64,000 bases of DNA from Promethearchaeota archaeon. GTDB taxonomy: Archaea; Asgardarchaeota; Heimdallarchaeia; Hodarchaeales; Hodarchaeaceae. Below are positions 40,967 to 51,060 of this stretch, one piece after another. The stretch is taken from assembly GCA_048938105.1 (NCBI GenBank), contig JBHLMN010000002.1, positions 288,001 to 352,000 on the forward strand, read 5' to 3'. Both the position numbers and the translations under genes were made by a program. The notes beneath the pieces were generated by a model that was not told where the DNA came from, searched no databases, and saw nothing but the letters and a program-made list of their open reading frames with translations. Numbering within the stretch: the first letter of the stretch is position 1; each line of letters opens with the position of its first letter.

Positions 40967-42448
40967 TTGATGGTTATGGATTTCACTTCTTTGAATAACC
41001 TTTATTGTCGGAAGTTTGGTGTCTGGCTCCTGAGTCTATTTCCGATCTTTTTAGTACTCATGCTATTATTAATTGCTATTACTCCTGGTGAAATAGAGGT
41101 AGAAGATCCCAAATTCCTAATAACAGTAACAGTATACATTATACTGATCTTTACCGCAATTCCGTTTGCTTTCAATGGTTATCTCATGGAAAATGATTTT
41201 AATACTGAGATAAAGAGAATAGAACGGACTGGTCTTTTAATTCAGGGAGTTGAGGGATTTAATGATATCGAATCATCGATTAAATTGCTATACCGTGGGT
41301 CCTATTCAATTACTGGAACTGTATTCATTAGCTTTTTAGCGTTCATATCTGCTATAATATTACAGAGCAATATTGGTTTATTAGCTAGGGTTTTCATGTT
41401 TGCTGCAAGTATAGGTCTCTTAGCAATATCTAGTGGCGCATCTATTCTCATTCGACTCCCTGATAAATCTGCTCTTCAACCTGGTGGTTTGATGAAGTTC
41501 TATACTCCCAAGAGTATAAATCTTAAGTTGGATAATATTTTAACAGATTCTATTTTCACTCAACTCGACCCCATTACTAGGATTCGTGTGGATGAATGGT
41601 CAAAATCAATTCTCGAGCATTTCAATTCAGAATATCTTAAGGATCTTGATGATCAAACAAGACTCGAGCGTGCACGTGAAAAAATTTTCTTAATGATCTA
41701 TCTTAAGGAAATGAAACCCGAATTAATGACCGATGAGGTTTTCCAACGAGAATTATGTGAAATTATCTTTCCAAATTTCTTGGATGAGTTTTTAGCTGGA
41801 ACTCAGTCACAAATCTCTGTCACTACATTGATAACCATTATACGGGACATTGAAGATGAAATCCCACAGATTTTCGAGCTAATTCAGCGTATTTTTGTCT
41901 TGGTTACCGATAATTTACATTATCTTCAAAAAAAGGAAGAATTTGTGACTATTTGTCATCCTACAACACACATAGGTAATATAGATCCCTTTAGAATAAT
42001 CGTTTTTGTATTAAACTTAACAGCCGCTCAACGAAAGATTAAAATCCAAGCACAAACCTCTATGAGCTCTTTAGACCCAGATGACGCTTCGCAAATTTTA
42101 TTATTAGATGAAGGGAAAATTTATCTTCCTCCTGAAGGTTCAGTTTTAGAATTTTCCTCGACTACAGCATTAATTGACACATTGCGGTTAGTAAGCGATA
42201 TATTGCAAGTGGGTGATGCAATTAACCTCCAATTCCGCCCCAATAGAAATGGAACGCATGTCTTGAACATTTTTGTTGAGGATCCTGAACGAGGGATTAT
42301 CACAGGCAGATCAGTTGTCGTAGAGGTTCATCGTGACCTTCGATTTTATGCTAAAACTCTTGGAGCGAAAGCTTTAGGTTATATTGGCGCAGCTGTCTCA
42401 CTTATTGGAATCAGTATGGGGTCTTTAGTTAGCTTATTTGGGATTTAG
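40967..42448 (+). CDS. Hypothetical membrane protein (4 TM, soluble domain, C-terminal TM)
   Basis: Hydrophobicity pattern of a 493-aa ORF; no family recognised. Confidence 0.7.
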   Translation: MMVMDFTSLNNLYCRKFGVWLLSLFPIFLVLMLLLIAITPGEIEVEDPKFLITVTVYIILIFTAIPFAFNGYLMENDFNTEIKRIERTGLLIQGVEGFNDIESSIKLLYRGSYSITGTVFISFLAFISAIILQSNIGLLARVFMFAASIGLLAISSGASILIRLPDKSALQPGGLMKFYTPKSINLKLDNILTDSIFTQLDPITRIRVDEWSKSILEHFNSEYLKDLDDQTRLERAREKIFLMIYLKEMKPELMTDEVFQRELCEIIFPNFLDEFLAGTQSQISVTTLITIIRDIEDEIPQIFELIQRIFVLVTDNLHYLQKKEEFVTICHPTTHIGNIDPFRIIVFVLNLTAAQRKIKIQAQTSMSSLDPDDASQILLLDEGKIYLPPEGSVLEFSSTTALIDTLRLVSDILQVGDAINLQFRPNRNGTHVLNIFVEDPERGIITGRSVVVEVHRDLRFYAKTLGAKALGYIGAAVSLIGISMGSLVSLFGI

Positions 42449-42462
42449 ACTGGCGTAAGGCA

Positions 42463-43788
42463 ATGAAATTCTTTCGTCAAAACCCCATTTTATCTCTCTT
42501 GTTCATATTTAGTTTGATATTAATAAATGGAATTGGAGCAACCCTCCCGATTCCTAACTTAACTCAACTTGCTGATTACTATAACTTCCCGTTAATAGGA
42601 TTTATTGAAGGAATGTTTGTAGTCATTTCCACATTTTTTTTGTTTGTTTGGGGATTTTGTGTTGATAAATTAGAGAGGAGGCAGATACTATGGATTGCAA
42701 ATCTTATCTGGGTTCTTCCTGCGTCAATCATTTTTCTCTTTCCAGAATTTCTTTTAGTATACTTTTTGGGTAGAATGGGAATGGCAATAGGCCTCTCTGC
42801 TTTTTCTCCTATTGCTTACTCTATTTTGGCTGATTATGCAAAGTATGAAGATCGTGGATTGATTTCATCGGGATTAAACATCGTTTGGGTTGGATCAAGT
42901 GCTGCTGGAATCTTGTTGGGTGGTTTTTTTTATTTTCAATGGAACTTATCTTTTGGATTTCTAGCCCTCTTCGGTTTTTTGATCCTCGGTTGGCAATTCT
43001 TTATTCACATTCCTAAAAGAGGGAATCAAGAACCCGTTTTTTTACATATTGCAGAATACAATTATCCCTGGCGGATCCAACTCAAACATGTACCCGTAAT
43101 GTTAAGATCAAAAACAATATTCTGGTTGCTAGTTCAAGGATTCTTTGCTCTCATTCCAGGTACTATCTTTACATTATGGCTTGTTGCTTTCCTGAGTTCT
43201 TCTGAAAGTCTTAATATAGCGAGTATTGGAATTGCTAGTGTTATTGCTGTTGTAATTGCTAGTGGTAGAGCTGTTGGGTACCCTTTCTTCGGCAGATTGG
43301 GTGATTATTTCGCAAAAAAACAAGGTCCAAAAGTTAGAGGTATAATTGCAAGTCTCTGCATGGCTGGTCAGGCAATATTTTTTTTCTTTGCGTTTATGTC
43401 CGTAGATTCTTCTTTGTTGAATTTTATTCTTTTTAGTTTCTTTTTTTGGCTTGGTAGTTTTATTGGGGCGGCTTCAGGTCCCAATCGAACCTCTTTACTT
43501 TTTGATGTGTCATTGCCAGAACATCGAGGGAGTCTAGGAGCATTCTTTTCCATAACTGACCAATTTGGCCAAGTAATCGGGATTGTTCTTTCAACAATAT
43601 TACTTCAATCATATGGATTCAGCGATGTTTTCATTTTAAGCCTTGTTTTCTATTTATTTGCAGCAATTTCTTGGACTCTGAGCCTTCCTCATATAAATAA
43701 TGATAATTTAAAAATTCAGGAAACTTTAAATCAACGAATAAAAGCAATAACTGATAAAACTGGAGTGTTGGATGATGAATTTAAATAA
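42463..43788 (+). CDS. MFS transporter
   Basis: About 12 TM; WGFCVDKLERR, DY...EDRG and PEHRGS motifs. Confidence 0.88.
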   Translation: MKFFRQNPILSLLFIFSLILINGIGATLPIPNLTQLADYYNFPLIGFIEGMFVVISTFFLFVWGFCVDKLERRQILWIANLIWVLPASIIFLFPEFLLVYFLGRMGMAIGLSAFSPIAYSILADYAKYEDRGLISSGLNIVWVGSSAAGILLGGFFYFQWNLSFGFLALFGFLILGWQFFIHIPKRGNQEPVFLHIAEYNYPWRIQLKHVPVMLRSKTIFWLLVQGFFALIPGTIFTLWLVAFLSSSESLNIASIGIASVIAVVIASGRAVGYPFFGRLGDYFAKKQGPKVRGIIASLCMAGQAIFFFFAFMSVDSSLLNFILFSFFFWLGSFIGAASGPNRTSLLFDVSLPEHRGSLGAFFSITDQFGQVIGIVLSTILLQSYGFSDVFILSLVFYLFAAISWTLSLPHINNDNLKIQETLNQRIKAITDKTGVLDDEFK

Positions 43789-44995
43789 AAGAAATTTTGG
43801 TATTAATACACATGCAATATACAGTGGAGAACAGATAGATATAGCAACACGCGCGCTAAAGACTCCAATATATGCTAGTAATACCTTTTCTTATTCTAAC
43901 ATGGAGGAATTCTTTAAGGCAGCTGTTAATGCTTATGGTATAGACCCGAAGGAGTTTACTTACTTCTATACACGCACAGCTAATCCTACTACAACTGCTC
44001 TTGAGCTCAAATTATCTTCTATTATTGGTTGTAAAGGTACACTTACAACTTCTTCTGGCATGGCTGCGATAACATTCGTTATTTTAGCGAATTATAAACC
44101 CAAAACTAAGATTTTGGCTTCTGATTCTGTCTATAGAAGTACAAATTCATTTGTGACGGAAACATTGCCAAAATTAGGTATTAGTTGTGATTATTTGGAT
44201 TTTCGTGATCTTAATATACTTGAAAAACAACTTCGAGATAATATGTATTCAGTGGTACATTTTGAATCTCCAGCGAATCCAACAATGCGTTGTTATGATA
44301 TCAAAGCTATCTGTGATCTGGTTCATGAATATAATGCAGAAACTGCTGTGACTTTTGATAATACTTTCGCCTCTCCAGTATGTCAGAAGCCCTTGAAACT
44401 AGGTGTTGATTTTGAGGTTCATTCTAGTTCTAAATACATCAACGGTCACGGGGATGCTCTTGGGGGGGTGATAGCCTCTAATAATAATGAAATTCTTTCT
44501 GAATTTCGTCGTCAGTTCTGTGAAACCCTTGGTCAAACCCCATCACCATTAAATTCTTATTTAATACTCCGAGGATTAAAAACAATTGGTTTACGAATAA
44601 AACAACAATCAGAAAATGCTTTAACAGTCGCAAAGTTTCTGGAGGAGCATGAAAAGGTAGCTCGGGTCTATTATCCAGGTTTACCAAGCCACCCTCAATA
44701 TAAGATTGTACAAAAACAAATGAACCCGTTCGGGGGAATGCTAGCTTTTGAGTTAGAAAATGATGATAATGTCCGGGATTTATTGAATAACAAGTTACAG
44801 ATCATCCGATTAGCCATGGATCTTGGTGATATCCAATCACTTATTGAGTGGCCTTATATTATGACTCATTATGATCTTAAATATGAGCTTAAAATAGCTA
44901 CAGGTGTAACTGAGACACTTTTACGACTTAGTGTCGGAATTGAGGATGTTACTGATATTATTAACGATCTTGAATATGGATTATGCCAAATTTGA
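43772..44995 (+). CDS. Cys/Met metabolism PLP-dependent enzyme (methionine gamma-lyase/cystathionine lyase family)
   Basis: YTRTANPT, SGMAAI, ESPANP, DNTFASP, HSSSKYINGHGD (PLP Lys), RLSVGIED. Confidence 0.9.
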   Translation: MMNLNKRNFGINTHAIYSGEQIDIATRALKTPIYASNTFSYSNMEEFFKAAVNAYGIDPKEFTYFYTRTANPTTTALELKLSSIIGCKGTLTTSSGMAAITFVILANYKPKTKILASDSVYRSTNSFVTETLPKLGISCDYLDFRDLNILEKQLRDNMYSVVHFESPANPTMRCYDIKAICDLVHEYNAETAVTFDNTFASPVCQKPLKLGVDFEVHSSSKYINGHGDALGGVIASNNNEILSEFRRQFCETLGQTPSPLNSYLILRGLKTIGLRIKQQSENALTVAKFLEEHEKVARVYYPGLPSHPQYKIVQKQMNPFGGMLAFELENDDNVRDLLNNKLQIIRLAMDLGDIQSLIEWPYIMTHYDLKYELKIATGVTETLLRLSVGIEDVTDIINDLEYGLCQI

Positions 44996-45253
44996 TATAA
45001 TCCAACCATATTATTCTCTTTGGACATTGATTATTTCTAAAAATATTTTATATATAAATCAAAAAGTACAATACCGCCAAATAGCCGACAAAATAGAATA
45101 GAAAAAAACTTCACGACCTATATGAAATCTTTTAAATAGTAAAAACGTATTCATGTCAACATCCTTTCAATAAAAAAGTCGAAAGAAAATATTAGACAAA
45201 TCAAAAGACAAAGTTTTAAAAAACAACAAAAATGGCTCTTTCTGGGGAATCTG

Positions 45254-46309
45254 ATGCGAAGCTCACCGAAATTTGATTCTGTAAAGCTTTTCTTTCAGAG
45301 TGGTATTCAATATTTCTCAAACATAAAGACACAGTTATTTGTGACTGTAATGCTTTTTTACATCTCACAAGTTGAATCATTGGAAGCATTACAAGCTTTT
45401 GAGCTTCCAAAAATTGAATTTGGGGATTATATTTACTTAATAAGACCTTATGGATGGGTCTCGAATTTTGTATCCATAGGTTTTGGTTTACTTTTAACAA
45501 ACATATGGGTCTCCTATTCCCCTCTAATTATTATTCAATACATCTTGGTTGGGTTTGCTATAGGTCCTTTATTATGGGGTGGATTATATACCTTTAATGA
45601 AGTTTTTGACGCTGAATTTGATCGAATCCATCCTACCAAAATGAATCGTCCTATTGCTGCACAACGTGTTTCAAGAAAAATGGGTATTCTTATTGGTAGT
45701 GTACATGTTCTTCTAGGTCTTGCTTTAATGGCTTTAATCTCACCAGTTGGTTTTTTCCTGGCTCTCATAATGGTTGGATTCCAGATTCTGTATTGCTTTC
45801 CTCCATTTCGTTTGAAGGAAACGGTAGTGAATTTATTTTTTTCAGGACCGATGAACCATTTTTTCAGAATTCTTATTGGTTGGACATTAGTCCTTCCATT
45901 AATTGGTGCCCCTTATTTCTTTCTTATTGGGGTTGTTTGTCTTCTAGCAATAGGTTATTTGAGTTATAAGATCCAAGATAAAGAGATTGCGGATCAATTT
46001 GGATATCGTGGATTAGAAAGTCATCTCTCTCAGCGAGGGATCATCATTTTCGATAGTTTATTAGCAATAATGGCATCCACATTTATTTTCTTAGCTTTTC
46101 TGTCTTATCAAATAACTTGGCATCTTCTTCTTTTTGTTCCATTAAGTATCGTGATATTTCTTTATATTTGGCTTAGTTCTTCCTCTATATGGCAAGTCGC
46201 AAAACCTGGTATCTTCATTGGAAAATTACATAATCTTGTGATCATATTCTTTCTTATTGAATGGTTAATAATTATTATAAGATTACTTCCCTTTCTAAAC
46301 ATATTTTAA
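45254..46309 (+). CDS. UbiA family prenyltransferase
   Basis: LIRP..W, YTFNEVFDAEFDRIHPTKMNRPIA, YCFPPFRLKE; true start may lie downstream. Confidence 0.85.
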   Translation: MRSSPKFDSVKLFFQSGIQYFSNIKTQLFVTVMLFYISQVESLEALQAFELPKIEFGDYIYLIRPYGWVSNFVSIGFGLLLTNIWVSYSPLIIIQYILVGFAIGPLLWGGLYTFNEVFDAEFDRIHPTKMNRPIAAQRVSRKMGILIGSVHVLLGLALMALISPVGFFLALIMVGFQILYCFPPFRLKETVVNLFFSGPMNHFFRILIGWTLVLPLIGAPYFFLIGVVCLLAIGYLSYKIQDKEIADQFGYRGLESHLSQRGIIIFDSLLAIMASTFIFLAFLSYQITWHLLLFVPLSIVIFLYIWLSSSSIWQVAKPGIFIGKLHNLVIIFFLIEWLIIIIRLLPFLNIF

Positions 46310-46337
46310 GCATAGATGCAATGGAGTTAATTTTTCC

Positions 46338-47234
46338 TTGAGTATAATGCAATTTCATATTGAATCTTTTATTACAATTATCACATTGATGACTTTTTAT
46401 GGAATACTAGGAGGAGTTTCTGCTGTTTTATCAAAAAAGGGAATAATTCAAATTGGTGGTTTACGAGTCGAACGTTCTTGGAAAATCTTTCTTCAAACAT
46501 TTCTTAAATTATTATCGACTCCCGTGTGGCTTACGGGGGCTATTCTTGGGATTTTTGGATTTTGTGTGTATCTAATTGCGCTACAACACTTCGAGCTTTC
46601 TATAGTCAAACCATTAGTAAATACAAATCTCGCGTTTACATTTATACTTGCTTATATTGTCTTCAAAGAACGACTGAAATTGACTGAATGGTTGGGAATA
46701 TTTGGCATCATAATGGGAATGATCCTTTTAGGGGTTGTAACTAGTGAATCAACTGATGTAATTGAATTAGTTCCCTTAATCTGGTTATTACCTCTTACAA
46801 TAGGAGGTATTATTCTACTAGTAGTCTTTATCCTTACTGAAAGAGTTAATAATGAAGAATTTTTTTATTCAATATCTGCAGGAATCTTTTATGGTTTGGG
46901 GGCAATTTTTACTAAAGCTATCCTAATTTTATTCGTCCCAAATGCAAATATTGCTCTACTATTATTCACAGTAATGATGTTTTCGTTAACATACATTGTG
47001 GCCATTGTTTCTCAACAGTTTGCATTTCAAAATGGTCGTCTCTCGATTGTTAGCCCAATCACAAATTCCATTTCGGTCTTGATTCCCGTTATAGGTGCAT
47101 ATTTTATATTTACTGAACAACTATATATCGAAAAAATACTAGGACTTGTATTTATTCTATTTGGTATAATCTTACTACGTAGAACCATTTTAATTAAGAA
47201 CCATTATCCTCAACAAGTTGATTCAAGTATCTAG
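46338..47234 (+). CDS. EamA/DMT family transporter
   Basis: ELSIVKPL..F..ILAYIVFKERL and RLSIVSPI repeats; about 9-10 TM. Confidence 0.85.
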   Translation: MSIMQFHIESFITIITLMTFYGILGGVSAVLSKKGIIQIGGLRVERSWKIFLQTFLKLLSTPVWLTGAILGIFGFCVYLIALQHFELSIVKPLVNTNLAFTFILAYIVFKERLKLTEWLGIFGIIMGMILLGVVTSESTDVIELVPLIWLLPLTIGGIILLVVFILTERVNNEEFFYSISAGIFYGLGAIFTKAILILFVPNANIALLLFTVMMFSLTYIVAIVSQQFAFQNGRLSIVSPITNSISVLIPVIGAYFIFTEQLYIEKILGLVFILFGIILLRRTILIKNHYPQQVDSSI

Positions 47235-47254
47235 AGGTTTTCATTCTCTCTACA

Positions 47255-47917
47255 TTAGATTCTTCTGAAAATTCTTTTTAATCTGTGATTGATAGTGTGA
47301 AGATGTACAGAAAATGGAGACCGTCTTCCCTCTACTATTGTTTCTCCTCTCATGAGAGAATGACGAAATTCCTCAATAGTAAAACCATTGAAAGATATCC
47401 ATGCTTGGCCTACTTCAGGAGCAAAGTGTGCATCAGAACCTCCAGTTTGTACTAGTGAATGTCTTTCAGCGAGCTTGAGAGCCTTTTTATTTGCACTAGG
47501 TAATATACAACGTGAATTAAAAACTTCAATTGCATCAATAAAAGGTAAATCAGGTTCAGTAACTCTAAATCGCTTACCTCGAATCACATCAAAGGGATGA
47601 GGAACAACCACTATACCCCCTTTTTCTTTAATTTCTTCTGCGACCTCAGGAAAATAGGAGGTTTTGAGCTCCTCTTCAAGCCATGCTCCAAGGATTTCTC
47701 CACGATCTGTCATAACTTCAATGCCTGGGATAAAAATAAAATCATCACCATTAGATGAAAGGACTTCTTTAAAAGCCAAAACTCCTTTGATGGTGTCATG
47801 ATCACAGATCATGATACCATGGATTCCCTGTTTTTTGCATAGTTTTAAAATAAGCTCTGGTTCTAGATTAGAACATTTTGAATATTTTGTGTGACAATGA
47901 AAATCCACGCGTGTCAT
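47255..47917 (-). CDS. PHP-domain metal-dependent phosphoesterase
   Basis: DFHCHT, CDHDT, GIEV, PHPF, EVFNSR, GGSDAH. Confidence 0.92.
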   Translation of the reverse strand: MTRVDFHCHTKYSKCSNLEPELILKLCKKQGIHGIMICDHDTIKGVLAFKEVLSSNGDDFIFIPGIEVMTDRGEILGAWLEEELKTSYFPEVAEEIKEKGGIVVVPHPFDVIRGKRFRVTEPDLPFIDAIEVFNSRCILPSANKKALKLAERHSLVQTGGSDAHFAPEVGQAWISFNGFTIEEFRHSLMRGETIVEGRRSPFSVHLHTINHRLKRIFRRI

Positions 47918-48012
47918 TATGTTTCACTATTAGAATTACTGATATTAAATATAGCGATATGACAATCTTAAACCGCTCAATATATAAATTCCGTAAAATA
48001 TACTTGCGAAAT

Positions 48013-49428
48013 ATGCAAAGTAGAAATAAAATGGATGATAGTCATATGCAATCCTTTAACTCCTTACAGAAATGGTCTTTTGGATTAGGAAGTTTTACTC
48101 AATGGTTCATCAATAGCGCGTTCAATACCTGGGTTTTAACATTCTATTTTGCGGCTGTTAAGCTCCCAATTCAATACATCATGACTGCATTTGTATTATG
48201 GACAATTTGGAATGCTTTTAATGATCCTCTGATAGGTTATTTGTCAGATAGGACTAATACGCGTTTTGGTAGAAGAAAACCATATATCATGATTGGATTG
48301 ATCCCAATTTTGATAATTGAGATTATCTTATGGATTCCTCCTATTCCAGTTGGAAATAATTATCTTATTACATTTTTATATCTTCTAATAATGTTATTTT
48401 GTTATGATACCTTTTACACAATGGTGAGTTTACCATATGATTCATTATTCCCAGAATTGTACACTTCAGTCGAAGAAAGGGCCGAGGTGAACACTATTAA
48501 ACAAATCCTCTCAATGTTAGGTTTAATTGTTGCGTTCTTAGTACCAGGGATTTTTATAGGGGATCAGAATGAAATGGGAGGATATCTAATAAATGGAATT
48601 GTCACAACCGCGATAATTCTTGTCACTCTCATAGTTTCTTTGAAGTGGGGAGTTATAGAACGTGTTGAATTTCAATCAGACTATCAACATACATTTAACT
48701 TTTTCCAAGGGTTGAAATACACCTTTAAAAACAGAGGATTTATCCTATATACTATTATGTTTTTCTTATATGAATATATCCTGCTTCTCCTAGGAACTAC
48801 TGTTCCATTATATGCTAGAGAAGTATTACGCATAACAGACACTTTACTTACATCAATTTTACTCGGGATGTTGTTTATTGTTGGTTTAATAACAGTATTT
48901 TTATGGAAAAAATTAGATTTGAAGTTTGGAAGTCGCAAATCTTACGCTTACGCAATAATTCTGTATTTTTGTGCCAGTATTCCCTTATTATTAGTTGATT
49001 CGTTTGAGACAGCATTTATAACTGTAATAACAATGGGTGTGGGTTTTGGAGGCATGTTGTATTTTATTTACTTAATCATTGCAGATATAATTGATGAAGA
49101 TGAATTGAAAACTGGCGTTCGTCGAGAAGGTACCTTCTTTGGGATCACCAACTTTTTCATGCGACTCGCGATGATTTTGTCTATTATCACTGTATCCCTT
49201 GTCTTCGTGTCGACAGGATGGGAAGAATATAAACCGATTCAGATCCTTCAACAATCTGAAGTGGTATTAGGCCTTAGACTATTAGTTTTTCTATTTCCAG
49301 CTATTGCTTTAGGAGTTACTCTTGTCTGTCTTTATTTCTATCCATTCTCAAAAGATCATGTGAATCAGACTAAAGAAGGAATTATTAAACTACACCAAAG
49401 TAAAAAAGAACGTGTTAAATTGCAATGA
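48013..49428 (+). CDS. GPH/MelB-type MFS sugar:cation symporter
   Basis: WNAFNDPLIGYLSDRTNTRFGRRKPY, ADIIDEDELKTGVRREG; the track start at 47878 overlaps the PHP gene, so a later ATG was chosen. Confidence 0.9.
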   Translation: MQSRNKMDDSHMQSFNSLQKWSFGLGSFTQWFINSAFNTWVLTFYFAAVKLPIQYIMTAFVLWTIWNAFNDPLIGYLSDRTNTRFGRRKPYIMIGLIPILIIEIILWIPPIPVGNNYLITFLYLLIMLFCYDTFYTMVSLPYDSLFPELYTSVEERAEVNTIKQILSMLGLIVAFLVPGIFIGDQNEMGGYLINGIVTTAIILVTLIVSLKWGVIERVEFQSDYQHTFNFFQGLKYTFKNRGFILYTIMFFLYEYILLLLGTTVPLYAREVLRITDTLLTSILLGMLFIVGLITVFLWKKLDLKFGSRKSYAYAIILYFCASIPLLLVDSFETAFITVITMGVGFGGMLYFIYLIIADIIDEDELKTGVRREGTFFGITNFFMRLAMILSIITVSLVFVSTGWEEYKPIQILQQSEVVLGLRLLVFLFPAIALGVTLVCLYFYPFSKDHVNQTKEGIIKLHQSKKERVKLQ

Positions 49429-49431
49429 TTT

Positions 49432-50922
49432 TCATCCTATATACTTCTTATGGATGTTTTTCAGGATTTCATCTAGTGCTTTAACAATCTTAGCATCTAA
49501 TTCGGGTGGATGATGTGTTTTCATAATTTCATGCGCTCTCTCATTAGCCCGAGTTAAAATATCCTGCTTATCTGATTTTTCAAACACCTCATAATCAGTT
49601 CGATCGAATAATTTCGGGGTAAAAAATTCTGAACGGAAATGTTTGAGGGTGTGGGGATGACTAAGATATTCACCACCAGGTCCAACCTCATGGATAACAT
49701 CAAGCGCTAATGCTTCATCAGAAATCTCAATACCTTTTAATACACGACTTATTGCTTTCAGGTTTTCATCGTGGAAGATCATCGCAGCGTAAGAACAAGC
49801 TTGAATCCCAGGACCAAGTCCTCCCAAAGCGTTAACAATAAGATTGATTCCAGCCATTGATGCAAGTAGAACATTCATGGCTGATTCTTGCCCTGCTTGG
49901 GCATCTAGCACTTTAGAATCAGTACAACCTGCAGTACCCCTAGTTGGTAAGTTATAATAATTAGCCATTTGAGCTGTTAAGACATTCATTAATCCTGCTT
50001 CAGGAGCTCCTAGTGCTATTTGAACAGTTCTAGGATCCAGAATTGAAGAGGCGGTTCCATAAACAATGGGCGGTGGCGGTGCAATTCCATAAGATTCATT
50101 TGCTAATTGACACATCACAATACCTGAAAGGATCTCAGCATTATGTTGAACTAATGAACCACCTAATGTAGCAGGTCCAGTAGCATGAGCCATTACTTCT
50201 GGACAAAAAAGAACTGGTAAGCCAAACATGGCATATCCAAGTGCATAGTCCGTCATCGTTTCATTATGCATTAGAGGGGAGACAGTATTTACCCAAGCCC
50301 ATGAACATGGCTTTTTTTGTAAGTCACTGAGATCATCCCGAAAGAGGTTGAAGAACTCAAAACCATCATCAGGGCTCATTCCGCTAGGTGGAATGAATAA
50401 TGGTTTATCTGTATACTTAACTTCATATACAAAGCGATAAGCAGCAGCTGTCATGAGATCTAGTTGTAGATCAATCTCCTCAACTGTACCAGAAAGTCCT
50501 GAACCTCCCAAATGCATCATTTCAAGAGCGTCTCCGAGACGTGTCATATCTGCAATATCAGCAAAGGTAGATCTTCGCCAATTTCCTTCAAGATCGACCA
50601 CATGGGTTGGGGAATGGCTAATGGTATAATTAATCCGTCCTGATTCTAATTTAATGTGTTTTTTTGATTCAGGATGAACACTATACCATGTAAATGAAGA
50701 AGGGCACTTATTTAGCGTTTCTTCAACAAGATCTGAATCTAAAAATACCTTTTTAGACTTAATTTTACATCTAGCTTCTTTTAGAATATCTAACGCTTGT
50801 TGAGAAAGAACACGGACACCTGTTTTTTCTAGGACTTGTAATGTTGCCTCATGTATTTCTTCCACTTGGTTGTTACTAAGTATATTTATTGTAGGTAAGT
50901 TATTTTTTATTCCTAGAAGCAT
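49432..50922 (-). CDS. Pyrrolysine-lacking MttB-superfamily methyltransferase
   Basis: IHEATLQVLEKTGV, VSPL, ATGPATLGG, NAEILSG, TDSKVLDAQAG, VGPGGEYL.HPHT; GGTGA RBS before ATG 50922. Confidence 0.92.
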   Translation of the reverse strand: MLLGIKNNLPTINILSNNQVEEIHEATLQVLEKTGVRVLSQQALDILKEARCKIKSKKVFLDSDLVEETLNKCPSSFTWYSVHPESKKHIKLESGRINYTISHSPTHVVDLEGNWRRSTFADIADMTRLGDALEMMHLGGSGLSGTVEEIDLQLDLMTAAAYRFVYEVKYTDKPLFIPPSGMSPDDGFEFFNLFRDDLSDLQKKPCSWAWVNTVSPLMHNETMTDYALGYAMFGLPVLFCPEVMAHATGPATLGGSLVQHNAEILSGIVMCQLANESYGIAPPPPIVYGTASSILDPRTVQIALGAPEAGLMNVLTAQMANYYNLPTRGTAGCTDSKVLDAQAGQESAMNVLLASMAGINLIVNALGGLGPGIQACSYAAMIFHDENLKAISRVLKGIEISDEALALDVIHEVGPGGEYLSHPHTLKHFRSEFFTPKLFDRTDYEVFEKSDKQDILTRANERAHEIMKTHHPPELDAKIVKALDEILKNIHKKYIG

Positions 50923-51060
50923 TGAATCACCTAATCTTTGTTTAAATTGAATAAGTAGTAACAAATAGACGGGTTCTACTAACTAAAAGTATTTTAGCTT
51001 AACTTCTACCTAAAGAGCTAAATACTTAAAAGCTCCTTAAGCTCAATAATTAAATTAAAG

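Noticed and set aside
49432-50922. Pyrrolysine recoding in the MttB homolog
   Set aside because: The ORF is continuous with no in-frame amber codon
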